From Thiogranum sp. (GTDB lineage Bacteria > Pseudomonadota > Gammaproteobacteria > DSM-19610), in the NCBI GenBank assembly GCA_024102665.1, contig JAGFJP010000040.1:1412-65411 (forward strand): a DNA stretch of 64,000 nt, written 5' to 3'. This document shows positions 41,547-50,879 of this stretch, in pieces. The notes under the pieces are model-generated. The model made no database searches. It saw only the letters and a list, made by a program, of their open reading frames with translations, and had not been told where the DNA came from. The position numbers and the translations under genes were made by a program. Every line of letters begins with the position of its first letter. Positions within the stretch are counted from its first letter, which is position 1.

Positions 41547-43853
41547 TCAGGCCTCCCTGGCGGCGACGCGTTCGATGAGCGTCACCGGGTTGATGGGCGT
41601 GTCATACAGGCGCATGCCGAGGGCGTGCGCGACGGCGTTGGCGATGGCTCCCGCCGTCGGAATAGTGACCGGTTCGCCGAGCCCCTTGGCGCCGACGATA
41701 TTCGCCTGTTCGTCAGTCAGCATAATGGGCTCGGAGATCACCTCGGCCGGAACATCCAGCGTCGTCGGCAACTTGTAATCGTGCCAGTTCTTGTTGCAGA
41801 GCTTGCCGGTCGGCCCGTCCAGCACGCGTCGTTCCGTGGTGGCGTAGCCGACACCCATGGTGATGCCGCCGATCAGTTGTCCGTCCCAGGTCAGGCGGTT
41901 GATCACGCGCCCGCTTTCGTTGCTGCCCAGCATGCGCAACAGTCTGACCTCGCCGGTGAGGGTGTTGACCTCGACTTCGCAGAACTGCGCGGCGAAGGGT
42001 GTGATGCTCACTCCCTGCGGGTTGCTCTGTCTCTGGCCGACGCCGACCACGACTTTCTGCTTCCTGAGCCTGTCCAGTTCCCTGATCGCCAGGCTCTCCA
42101 GACCGTCCGTGGTGCGCAGGTGGTCACCGTCGAAGACGATCTCCTCACGCGGGCGTCCCAGCTGCTGCGCCGCCATGTCCAGCAGTTGAGATTTTACTGC
42201 GAGACAGGCGCGGCGCACCGCCGGCGCCTCGGTGGGCACTGTCTTGCTGCCGCCCGAGGGCGTTGCGTACTGGGTGGTGCCGGTGTCGGCGTGCTCTATC
42301 TGGACGGCGTCCGGGTCCACGCCGAACTCTTCGGCGACCACCATGGCCATGACCGTCTTGGTGCCGGTGCCGATATCCGAGGCGCCCATGTTGAGGTTGG
42401 CGGTGCCGTCGGCATACAGGCGCACGATCACCGTCGACGGCGGACCGCCGTCGCCGGCGTACCAGTTGGCCGCGGCCATGCCGACGCCGCGTTGCAGATG
42501 CCCCTTGCTGTGCTGCGCCGCCGCGGCGCGCGCTTCTTGCCAGCCAAAGGCGCGCGCGCCCTGTTCGATACACAGGCGCAGGCCGTCGGTGGTGTAGGGC
42601 TTGTCATCGCGCGCCTGGGTGCCCGCCGGAATGTTGCGCAGGCGCAGCTCCACCGGATCCATGCCGAGTCCGTCGGCCAGCGCATCCATCATCTGTTCCA
42701 TCGCCCACGAGCACTGCACGTACCCCGGCGCGCGGAAGGGGCGGGCGGGCTGCGCATTGATATAGACATCGGTCAGTTCGGTGCTGACATTGGCGCAGCG
42801 ATACAGATCCTTGGCGAGCCAGTCGAGCAGCGACGTGCCGCCGGCTTTATAGGCGCCGCTGGCGCCGATGCCGGAAAACTGTATGGCGGTGAGGGTGCCG
42901 TCTTTTTTCACGCCGGCCTTGACGGTCATGGTGGCCGGCGGACGATTGCCCTGGGTGAGCAGTGTCTGTTCGCGCGTCATGAACAGTTTCACCGGACGGT
43001 TGACGCGGCGCGCGAGCAAGGCGGCGATGATGGCGTATTTGTCGGTCCTGAGTTTGGAACCGAACGCGCCGCCGACATAATGGCCGATGACGCGCACGCG
43101 CGATAACGGCAGCTTGAGCACGTCGGCGATTTTCGATTGCACGGCATAGACGCCCTGTGTCGACTCCCACACCGTAAGGCTGTCGCCGTCCCAGCGCGCC
43201 ACGCAGCCGTGCGGTTCCAGCGGCGTGTGCATTTCGCTCGCCGTGCGGTACCTTTGCTCCAGCACCAGGTCGGCTTCGCTGAATCCCTGTTCGATGTTGC
43301 CCCGCGCGTAGGTCTGGGTGCCGGCGCGGTTGCCGCCGCTGTGCACTTCGGGCGCGCCGGGCTTCAGCGCCTCGAGTTCATCGGAGACGAACGGCAGGAT
43401 TTCATATTCGACCTGGATGGCGCGCAAGGCATCGTGAGCCTGGTACGGGGATTGCGCCGCTACCGCCGCCACGGCATCGCCTTCGAAGCGACAGTGGTCA
43501 TAGAACAGCTTGCCGGAGTGAGCACTGAAATAATCCCAGTCCGGGTTGGCCTCCGGAGTGTTGCGGCTGATCACGGCATACACGCCGGGCATGCGCTCGG
43601 CTCTCGAGGTATCGATGGCTGTCACGCGCGCGTTGGCGTGCGGACTGCCGAGCACCGCTGCGTGCAGCATGCCGGGCAGCACCAGGTCGGAGGGAAACAC
43701 CGCGGCGCCGCTGACACGTTCCCAGGCGTCGACCCGGGGGCGGCGGTTTCCCACCACGCGCGTCTGTTCGCCCCAGGGTCGCGCGTCATCTGCCGCGCCC
43801 GCATCCGGCGCAATACGTGGCTGACCTTCGATATCGGTTTCGTTATCCGCCAT
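41547..43853 (-). CDS. xanthine dehydrogenase-family oxidoreductase, molybdopterin-binding large subunit
   Basis: RVDAWERVSGAAVFPSD, GGAFGSK, and the aldehyde oxidase/xanthine dehydrogenase a/b hammerhead and Moco domains. Confidence 0.9.
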   Translation of the reverse strand: MADNETDIEGQPRIAPDAGAADDARPWGEQTRVVGNRRPRVDAWERVSGAAVFPSDLVLPGMLHAAVLGSPHANARVTAIDTSRAERMPGVYAVISRNTPEANPDWDYFSAHSGKLFYDHCRFEGDAVAAVAAQSPYQAHDALRAIQVEYEILPFVSDELEALKPGAPEVHSGGNRAGTQTYARGNIEQGFSEADLVLEQRYRTASEMHTPLEPHGCVARWDGDSLTVWESTQGVYAVQSKIADVLKLPLSRVRVIGHYVGGAFGSKLRTDKYAIIAALLARRVNRPVKLFMTREQTLLTQGNRPPATMTVKAGVKKDGTLTAIQFSGIGASGAYKAGGTSLLDWLAKDLYRCANVSTELTDVYINAQPARPFRAPGYVQCSWAMEQMMDALADGLGMDPVELRLRNIPAGTQARDDKPYTTDGLRLCIEQGARAFGWQEARAAAAQHSKGHLQRGVGMAAANWYAGDGGPPSTVIVRLYADGTANLNMGASDIGTGTKTVMAMVVAEEFGVDPDAVQIEHADTGTTQYATPSGGSKTVPTEAPAVRRACLAVKSQLLDMAAQQLGRPREEIVFDGDHLRTTDGLESLAIRELDRLRKQKVVVGVGQRQSNPQGVSITPFAAQFCEVEVNTLTGEVRLLRMLGSNESGRVINRLTWDGQLIGGITMGVGYATTERRVLDGPTGKLCNKNWHDYKLPTTLDVPAEVISEPIMLTDEQANIVGAKGLGEPVTIPTAGAIANAVAHALGMRLYDTPINPVTLIERVAAREA

Positions 43854-43856
43854 GGC

Positions 43857-44507
43857 TCAGCCCTTCCTGTGCGTGGCGGCATCGGCGACGGCGCTGAAAA
43901 TGCTGGCATAGGCGCCGCAGCGGCAGAGATTGCCGCTCATGCCGCGACGTATTTCGTCGAAGGTCGGTTCGGGGTTCTGGCGCAGCAGGCCTTCGGCGGC
44001 CATGATCTGCCCCGGTGTGCAGTAGCCGCACTGCAGGCCGTCCTCCTTCATGAAGCTGGCCTGCACCTGGCCGAGTTGCCCGCCGTCCATCAGGCCTTCG
44101 GCGGTTTCGATGCGCCGGCCTTCGGCTTCCAGCGCCAGCGTCAGGCAGGCATAGCGCGGAAGATCATCGATCAGCACTGTGCAGGCGCCGCATTCGCCGC
44201 GTTCGCAGCCGCTCTTCGCCGCGGTCAGTCCCAGCTCCTCGCGCAGCACATGCAGCAGGGTCCAGCGCGGTTCGACCAGCACCGCGTGCGGCCTGCCGTT
44301 GACATCGAGGGTCAGCTGCACCGGTTCGTCGGCGGCAAGCGTTTCATCGGGCTGTGCGGTTTCCGAGGACATTGCGTTGTGTCCCACCGCCAGCGTCAGG
44401 GTGCCGGCGCTCCAGGTCTTGATGAATGCGCGGCGCGTGAATCCTGCCCAGCCGTCGGGATTCGCGGCGGGGGGCGTGACAGGCGGTTTGCGTTTGCGGG
44501 GACACAT
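43857..44507 (-). CDS. (2Fe-2S)-binding small subunit with twin-arginine (Tat) signal
   Basis: AGGAGG upstream of ATG 44507. Tat motif FTRRAFIK. Cys clusters CERGECGACTV and CGYCTPG ... CRCG. Confidence 0.85.
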   Translation of the reverse strand: MCPRKRKPPVTPPAANPDGWAGFTRRAFIKTWSAGTLTLAVGHNAMSSETAQPDETLAADEPVQLTLDVNGRPHAVLVEPRWTLLHVLREELGLTAAKSGCERGECGACTVLIDDLPRYACLTLALEAEGRRIETAEGLMDGGQLGQVQASFMKEDGLQCGYCTPGQIMAAEGLLRQNPEPTFDEIRRGMSGNLCRCGAYASIFSAVADAATHRKG

Positions 44508-44584
44508 AGATTCCTCCTGCGGTCCGGCTGGTCCTTCTAGGTATAGCAGCGCGTCCGGAGATGTGCACGCCCGGCTTGCAACGT

Positions 44585-44667
44585 CGTCATTCCGGCGCAG
44601 GCCGGACAAAAGCGTTAGCGTTGAACGCCCGCAGGGCGGCCCGAAGGGCGAGCAAAGCGAGTAATCC
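44585..44667. repeat. REP-like GC-rich elements (CGTCATTCCGGCGCAGGCCGGA ... GAACGCCCGCAGGGCGGCCCGAAGGGCGAGCAAAGCGAGTAATCC)
   Basis: Same motif class as 6863-6890 and 51767-51901. Intergenic. Confidence 0.6.
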
Positions 44668-44699
44668 AGGGAAGGTCGCAAAACGCGACAGTGCAGAGT

Positions 44700-45401
44700 T
44701 CAGCCCGCGCCGAACTGCTCGGCGAGCAGGTTTTCCGCGCGCATCAGGTCCAGGCCATACTCGATGGCGACGGCATAGGAGACGTTGGTTTCGCGCGCTT
44801 CCAGCTTGTGCGCGGTGGCGGCGGCGGGCGCGACGATTTCCGCGGGCTCGAAACGGCCGCTGACAATGCCGATGACATGGCCGTCGGCGACGTGCACCAG
44901 GGGTCCGCCGCGGTCGCCCTCGTGGAAGGCCGAATCGTAGAGAATCAGCGCGGTGTCGTTGTGCGAGCGTATTTTGGCGCTGACCACGGCATTGAAGCCG
45001 AGCAGGCTGTGCACCTGCTGATGCGCGAAGGAATAGCCCAGGCTCATGACGCTGGCGCCGCAGCGCACCGCGGCGGTGGCGCCCAGAAAATCATCCGGCA
45101 CGCTAATGGCGATATCCTGACGGATGCGCAGCAATGCGACATCGCGCTCGACATCGCGCTGCCGGACCTCGACCGGCATGGCGGCGACGCGGTCGAATGT
45201 CATGGGACTGAAGTCATCACCGGCGGCTGCCGGCACCACCACCAGGTCCGGTTCCTCGGCGGTGAGATGCGCGGCGGTGAGCAGGTAGCCCTGCTCGTGC
45301 ACCAGGAAAGCGGTGCCCAGAAACGTGATGGATCCCGCCTGGCTGCGTGCCAGCATCATGCAGCCGCTGCGGAATTTGTGACTGACTCCCTGAAGCATCA
45401 T
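44700..45401 (-). CDS. trypsin-like (PA clan) serine-protease homologue with Arg at the catalytic-Ser position
   Basis: GTAFLVHEQGYLLTAAHL (His), DVALLRI (Asp), and GDRGGPL where GDSGGPL is expected (Arg codon CGC at 44910-44912 on the minus strand). No signal peptide. Confidence 0.6.
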   Translation of the reverse strand: MMLQGVSHKFRSGCMMLARSQAGSITFLGTAFLVHEQGYLLTAAHLTAEEPDLVVVPAAAGDDFSPMTFDRVAAMPVEVRQRDVERDVALLRIRQDIAISVPDDFLGATAAVRCGASVMSLGYSFAHQQVHSLLGFNAVVSAKIRSHNDTALILYDSAFHEGDRGGPLVHVADGHVIGIVSGRFEPAEIVAPAAATAHKLEARETNVSYAVAIEYGLDLMRAENLLAEQFGAG

Positions 45402-45420
45402 TCCCCCGTTGCGGCTGGCA

Positions 45421-47079
45421 TCATTCGTCTTTCGCGCGGCGCGCCTGGTCAGCGCTTCCAATCCAGAAGGTGCGGCGTCCGAAGGTCGGCAGGTTGCGCG
45501 TCGCGCGGGTACGGTATTCGCGTCCCTCGTACTGCTCCAGGGCGACCGAGAAGGTCTGGCCTCCATGGTATTCGGCCATGCCCTTGTGCAGGGCATAACA
45601 CATGCCCAGCAGCACAATGGCAAAGGGCAGACCGGTGGCGATCGCGGCGGTCTGCAAAGCCACCAGTCCGCCGCCGACCAGCAGCGCGGCGGCTACTGCG
45701 CCTTCCAGTACTGCCCAGAAAATGCGCTGCACCTTGGGCGGTTCCGGATTGCCGCCGGCGGTAATGATATCGATCACCAGCGAACCGGAGTCGGACGAAG
45801 TCACAAAGAAGGTGACGACCACCGCCACGGCCAGGGTGGCGGTCACCACATCCAGCGGGAAATTTTCCAGCAGCACGAAAAGGGAAACCGGGATGTTTTC
45901 CTGTACCGCTGCGGCGATGCCGCCGGCGCCGAACATTTCGATACTGAGCGCGCTGTTGCCGAAGGTCGTCATCCAGATGAAAGTCACCACCGTCGGGATG
46001 AACAGCACGCCCTTGATGAATTCGCGCACCGTGCGCCCGTACGATACGCGCGCAATGAACATGCCCACGAACGGCGACCAGGAAATCCACCAGCCCCAGT
46101 AGAACACGGTCCAGCCGTTTTGCCATTCGGTGTTTTCGTAAGTCTCGTTCCAGGTGCTGAGCTGGGCGAAGTTCTGCAGGTAGTAGCCGACGTTCTCGAC
46201 CAGCGCATTGAGAATAAACAGTGTCGGCCCCATCAGCAGCACGAACAGCATCAGCGACGCGGCGATAATGACGTTGATCTGGCTCAGCACGCGGATGCCC
46301 TTGTCCAGCCCGCGCACCACCGACCAGGTCGCCAGCGCCGTGATGCCGGCGATCAGGGTCAGTTGCACGCCGTTGTTCTGCGGCACGTCCAGCAGGTGGT
46401 TCAGGCCGGCGTTGACCTGTTGCACGCCCAGTCCGAGCGATGTGGCGACACCGAACAGTGTTGCCACGGTGGCCATGATGTCAATGACATTGCCGATGCC
46501 GCCGTAAATGCGTTCACCGAACAGCGGGTAGAAGACTGCGCGGATCGACAGCGGCAACCCGCGGTTGAAAGCGAAGAACGCCAGCGCCAGCCCGACCAGC
46601 GAATACAGCGCCCAGGGATGCAGACCCCAGTGCAGGAAGGTGAAGTCCATCGCCACGCGCGCCGCCTCCGGCGTGCCCGGTTCGGCCAGCGGCGAGGCGA
46701 TGAAATGAAACATGGGCTCGGCGACGCCGTAAAACAACAGGCCGATACCCATGCCGGCGCTGAACAGCATGGCATACCAGGCGCCGGTCGAGAATTCCGG
46801 TTGGGCGCCTTCGCCACCGAGGCGGATGCTGCCGAATCGACCCAGCAGCAGCGCGATCACGAAAATCAGGATGATGTTCATCACGGCGACGAAGAACCAG
46901 CCGGCGTAGTGCGACACGATGGACTGCACCTGGCCGAACAGGTCGTCCATGCGCCGTTCGAAAAACAGCGTCAGGATCACGAACAGCACAATCAGACCCG
47001 CTGAAATAAAGAACACGTAGGGATGTACGTCGAGCTTGAGCCAGCCGCGGTTGTCGTCGGGTTTGTCGCCTGTTGTCAT
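45421..47079 (-). CDS. BCCT-family (betaine/carnitine/choline) transporter
   Basis: AWYAMLFSAGMGIGLLFYGVAEP, WTVFYWGWWISWSPFVGMFIARVSYGRTVREF. Confidence 0.9.
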   Translation of the reverse strand: MTTGDKPDDNRGWLKLDVHPYVFFISAGLIVLFVILTLFFERRMDDLFGQVQSIVSHYAGWFFVAVMNIILIFVIALLLGRFGSIRLGGEGAQPEFSTGAWYAMLFSAGMGIGLLFYGVAEPMFHFIASPLAEPGTPEAARVAMDFTFLHWGLHPWALYSLVGLALAFFAFNRGLPLSIRAVFYPLFGERIYGGIGNVIDIMATVATLFGVATSLGLGVQQVNAGLNHLLDVPQNNGVQLTLIAGITALATWSVVRGLDKGIRVLSQINVIIAASLMLFVLLMGPTLFILNALVENVGYYLQNFAQLSTWNETYENTEWQNGWTVFYWGWWISWSPFVGMFIARVSYGRTVREFIKGVLFIPTVVTFIWMTTFGNSALSIEMFGAGGIAAAVQENIPVSLFVLLENFPLDVVTATLAVAVVVTFFVTSSDSGSLVIDIITAGGNPEPPKVQRIFWAVLEGAVAAALLVGGGLVALQTAAIATGLPFAIVLLGMCYALHKGMAEYHGGQTFSVALEQYEGREYRTRATRNLPTFGRRTFWIGSADQARRAKDE

Positions 47080-47110
47080 GATATTGTTGTTCGTTTCCGG
47101 TTATTGTCGT

Positions 47111-48241
47111 TTATCGCGGCAGCCGGCGCGGAACGCCGACCGGTTGCTGCAGCCACTGCTCGAAGCGGCCGTTGATGCGTTCAAAGTGCCGGGCCCACCA
47201 GCGCGCATCGATCTGCAGTGCGTTGGCGAAATTGTCCGGGGCGGTCGGCAGACCGGCGCGCAGCTGCGGCGCCAGCAGCGCCAGCGAGGAACGGCGCACC
47301 GGCCCGTAGGGTATGTGGCGGGCCTGCTCGGCGAGCTGTTCTGCGGCGGTGGCGAAGCGGATGAAATCCAGCGCCTGTGCTTGCCTCGGATTGTCTTTGG
47401 GTATTCCCAGCAGGTCAATGTTCCACACCTGGTGATCCCAGATGATGGCAAGGGGTTCGCCGCGGTTGGCCACGGCGTCGTGAATGCGCCCGTTGTAGGC
47501 CGAGGTCATCACCACGCGGCCGGTTTCCAGCAATCGCGGCGCTTCGATTCCGGCTTCCCACCAGACCAGCTCCGGCTTGATTTTGTCGAGCACGCGCAGC
47601 GCGCGTTGCAGTCCCTGTCCGGTCTCGAGCACTTCGTAGACACGCTCCGGCGCGACGCCGTCGGCGATCAGCGCCCATTCGAGATTGGCCTTTGGGCTGC
47701 GGCGCAGACCACGTGGACCGGGGAAACGCGCGGTATCGAAAAAGTCCGACAGCGTCTGCGGCACGGCGTCTCCCATCGCTTCACGATGATAGGCGATGAC
47801 CGTGGACCAGACGACGGTGCCCACGGCGCAGTCGGTGAGACTGCCGGTGATGAAATCCTCAGTGATGCCGTCTCCGTCAGGAGGCGGTGTCAGCGCATCG
47901 ACCGGGATGCGTTCCAGCAGGCCTTCCTCGCAGCCGCGCAGCGCATCGCTGAGTTCCAGGTCAATCACGTCCCATTTGAAATTCAGCGAACGCACCTGGT
48001 TGCGCAGTTCGTCGAGGCCGCCGTGGTAATCCACCATGTCGATCGCGATGCCGGTCTGGCTGTGATAGGGCCTGACGAAAGCCAGTATCTGGCTGCGTGT
48101 ATAGGCGCCGCCCCAGGAGGCCATGGTGAGCTGCGTTTCAGCGTGTGCCAGCAGTGGCGCGAGCATGAGCAGCGACATCAGGCACGCCACAGGCCGGCGT
48201 TGCCAGGCTGCGGGTTGCTGTTTTTGTGCGGAATGGGTCAT
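47111..48241 (-). CDS. periplasmic solute-binding protein, PotD/PotF-like (ABC-type SBP family 1)
   Basis: Signal peptide ending LLAHA/ETQ. Overall similarity by eye to polyamine-type SBPs (TMASWGGAY ... VMTSAYNGR). No ABC permease or ATPase genes are nearby. Confidence 0.7.
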   Translation of the reverse strand: MTHSAQKQQPAAWQRRPVACLMSLLMLAPLLAHAETQLTMASWGGAYTRSQILAFVRPYHSQTGIAIDMVDYHGGLDELRNQVRSLNFKWDVIDLELSDALRGCEEGLLERIPVDALTPPPDGDGITEDFITGSLTDCAVGTVVWSTVIAYHREAMGDAVPQTLSDFFDTARFPGPRGLRRSPKANLEWALIADGVAPERVYEVLETGQGLQRALRVLDKIKPELVWWEAGIEAPRLLETGRVVMTSAYNGRIHDAVANRGEPLAIIWDHQVWNIDLLGIPKDNPRQAQALDFIRFATAAEQLAEQARHIPYGPVRRSSLALLAPQLRAGLPTAPDNFANALQIDARWWARHFERINGRFEQWLQQPVGVPRRLPR

Positions 48242-48244
48242 GCG

Positions 48245-49534
48245 CTACCAGTAATAACCGATGTTGATGTTGTAGCGCGTCGCCCAGCGGTTGTCGCCGT
48301 CGCCGGCCAGCGAACCGTCGCCGAGAAACAGCGCATTCTTGCCGCGTATGATGTCGATGTAGGTAAAGGTCGGACCGATACCCACCGCGCATCCCGTCGT
48401 GTTCAGATAGGAGTTTTCAAAGCCGCCGCGCGTCTTGTCCAGCACGCTGAAATCATTGTAACAGGTGACAAGATCGACGCCAGAGAGGGTGACGGGGAGA
48501 TTGTAAGCGATGTTGGCGACACCGAAACTGCCCTCGGCGGCGACTTCGTGGACGCCGCCGAACGCGCCGAAGGTGATGCTGTCATCGCTGACGCCGGCCG
48601 GGTTGCGCGGATCGTACTCGTAGCGCCCGCCCTCGAGCTGCAGGTTCCAGCGACCGCAACGGCTGTCCAGGTGCGCCGCGGCCGCGCGGTAATCGCCGTC
48701 CTCGTCGGTATCCTTGTTGTAGAGTTGCCCCCACAATGCGGAAGCGCCGAACTCGTGTGTGCAGTCACCGCCCTGGCGTGCCGTGTAAACCAGCCGTGCA
48801 TGCAGGGTGTTGGTCTGTTCGTTGCGCGCTGCGCCCGTTGTGACCGGATCGTAGGAATAGCGATCCAGTTCGGCGCTGTCGGTAAACTCGGCGTTCTTGA
48901 ACACCGCGAGCTGCAGGTTCCAGGGACCGCTGTCGCGCACGTATTTGATGCCGGTGTCATAGTCGTCGGCCAGCCCGATGTAATAGGGTATGCCGAACCA
49001 GAAGTTGTGGGCGGCGTAGGGCAGCAGGCCGAACGGCACCTGGGTGATGCCGGCCTGCAGCTGTCCTGCCGTCTCGAAGTCGTAACCGATCCAGCCGTGG
49101 TGAATGGTGTCCATGAAGGCGTAGAAGCGGTACTCGGCGGACAGCAGAATATTGTTGCGTTCACCGTCCACATTGATGCGGAACAAATCCAGCCCGGCAT
49201 CGCCGCGCCGGGTTTCGGAGCCGTCGTCGAAGTCTTTCCACACGTAGTTGAAGCGCAGGGCGCCACCGATATCCAGGGCTTGCTCTGCGGCGGGCGGCGT
49301 GGCGACGTCTTCGGCTGCCGCTTCTCTGGCATCGACCGTATTATCTTGCGGGACGGACAGGCGGCGCTCGAGTTCATCGATGCGTTGCCGGAGTCGTTCG
49401 AGTTCCTGGCGCAATGCATCGCTTTCGGCGGAGGCAAAGAGCAGGGCGGGGCAGGACATCCACAGCAACACCAGCCAGCCGGTTGTCGCAGGAACCCTGG
49501 ATAGCGTCGTTTTCTTCCCCATAAATAGCAGCAT
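48245..49534 (-). CDS. outer-membrane porin-like beta-barrel with N-terminal coiled coil
   Basis: Signal peptide ending LLFASA/ESD. Coiled coil LRQELERLRQRIDELERRL. Alternating beta-strand pattern. C-terminal NINIGYYW. The start is uncertain (49534, 49522 or 49585). Confidence 0.6.
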   Translation of the reverse strand: MLLFMGKKTTLSRVPATTGWLVLLWMSCPALLFASAESDALRQELERLRQRIDELERRLSVPQDNTVDAREAAAEDVATPPAAEQALDIGGALRFNYVWKDFDDGSETRRGDAGLDLFRINVDGERNNILLSAEYRFYAFMDTIHHGWIGYDFETAGQLQAGITQVPFGLLPYAAHNFWFGIPYYIGLADDYDTGIKYVRDSGPWNLQLAVFKNAEFTDSAELDRYSYDPVTTGAARNEQTNTLHARLVYTARQGGDCTHEFGASALWGQLYNKDTDEDGDYRAAAAHLDSRCGRWNLQLEGGRYEYDPRNPAGVSDDSITFGAFGGVHEVAAEGSFGVANIAYNLPVTLSGVDLVTCYNDFSVLDKTRGGFENSYLNTTGCAVGIGPTFTYIDIIRGKNALFLGDGSLAGDGDNRWATRYNINIGYYW

Positions 49535-49597
49535 AGCAGCTGCGCGCAGGCCCATGAACAGCGCCCGGGTCGTTTCGCGCGGCACGCGCGGCAGTCT

Positions 49598-50770
49598 TTA
49601 TCCGGGAGCTGGTATCACCAGAAAACCATCCGGCGCCAGACTTGTCGCCAGCATCACGCTGTTGATGTCCTGGTGTTCCAGCCAGGTCGCGGCGCGTTGC
49701 TGCCGGCTGTCCAGCCAGAATGTCTCGATCATCTCGCGCAGCGACTGGTGCTGCATCAGTGTCCGCAGGGGCACGATCAGCGCCCGCTGCTGTGTGTGCC
49801 GGGTGTCCTGCTGTTGCATGCGTTGCGCGGCCTGTAACCCGATCGCCAGACCGAGTTCGCGGAAGGCAAGCCGGTACTTCGCAGGCAACTGCAACTCCGC
49901 GTTCCGGGCATAAGCGTGCAGTCCGGCGACTGATGCCTCGAGCAGTTTTTCCAGCAGTTGCGCATCCGCTGCCGCGTCCTGCGCTATCAGCTGCTGCAGG
50001 CGCAGCGCGTCCGTTAACAGGCCGCCGATACCCAGCGGATCGGCACTGGTCAATTCGCTGCCCTGCAGCATGGCGGCATACTGGCGCGTGGCTTGTTCGA
50101 GGTCCGGTTGCGCGGGCGCCCCGGGCAATGCGGCCGCGGTGGCGCGCAGTTGCAGACTGGTGATATAGCCGTCGAGCGGGTCGTGCTGGCCCATCGACGC
50201 GACTTGCGGCCGCGACAGATCGATGCTCATTTTCCAGTGCATGCGGGGTTTCTCCCAGTGCGGGACCGGCTGATAGCTGAAGGCCTGCCAGGCGATATCG
50301 GCGAGTTCGCGCGCCCAGGTGTTGAAGCGCGGTTGCTGCGTGTGACGCGCCACCTGGTCGAGGGCGTGCATCCATTTGCTGAGATAGTGGAAGTACTGGC
50401 CGTCGCGGTCCCATTCCAGGCGTTCGTCGAACGGTTCGCGGGGCCGGCGCTCGGGCAGCGGTTTGCCGATGCGCAGGCCGCCGCGGGTCGGGTGCCGTTC
50501 GCCTTCCTGTTCGTCAAGACCGCTGATCCAGCCCCTGCGCTGGTCATCCTCGCGGTGACGTCCGAGAGTGTGGTGCACCTGGTCGACGAGGTGCAATGCC
50601 AGCTCGGTATAGCGCGGGTCACCGGTGCTGCGCGACAGGCTGAGGTAGTTGCAGACTGCGAAGGCGTCTGTCCAGAGATAGCGGCGCGGCGGTTGCGCGC
50701 CGGTCAGGCCGGTGCGTTGCGCGAAGGCGTCCATAAGCTCGATGGCCTTTGCGGTGCGCGGCGTGGACAT
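49598..50770 (-). CDS. hypothetical cytoplasmic protein (390 aa, helical)
   Basis: Clean ORF with protein-like composition, first gene of the co-directional cluster. No recognised motif (YLWTDAFAV, DGQYFHYLSKWMHAL). Confidence 0.5.
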   Translation of the reverse strand: MSTPRTAKAIELMDAFAQRTGLTGAQPPRRYLWTDAFAVCNYLSLSRSTGDPRYTELALHLVDQVHHTLGRHREDDQRRGWISGLDEQEGERHPTRGGLRIGKPLPERRPREPFDERLEWDRDGQYFHYLSKWMHALDQVARHTQQPRFNTWARELADIAWQAFSYQPVPHWEKPRMHWKMSIDLSRPQVASMGQHDPLDGYITSLQLRATAAALPGAPAQPDLEQATRQYAAMLQGSELTSADPLGIGGLLTDALRLQQLIAQDAAADAQLLEKLLEASVAGLHAYARNAELQLPAKYRLAFRELGLAIGLQAAQRMQQQDTRHTQQRALIVPLRTLMQHQSLREMIETFWLDSRQQRAATWLEHQDINSVMLATSLAPDGFLVIPAPG

Positions 50771-50879
50771 GAGAGACAGCTCCGTGGCGTGGTGCGCTGC
50801 GATTTGTCGGGTCAGGGTTCATAGAATGGCACAGATTCGCGGCCGATGCGGCGGGAGCTGCCGCATCGGCCGCGGGTCA

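Noticed and set aside
41538-44540. Two long plus-strand ORFs (522 and 467 aa)
   Set aside because: They are antisense to the molybdopterin and FeS subunits of the oxidoreductase.
47036-49504. 822-aa plus-strand ORF, the longest spurious ORF
   Set aside because: It is antisense to the SBP and porin genes, has a low-complexity Arg/Gly/Val/Ala-rich sequence and lacks an RBS.
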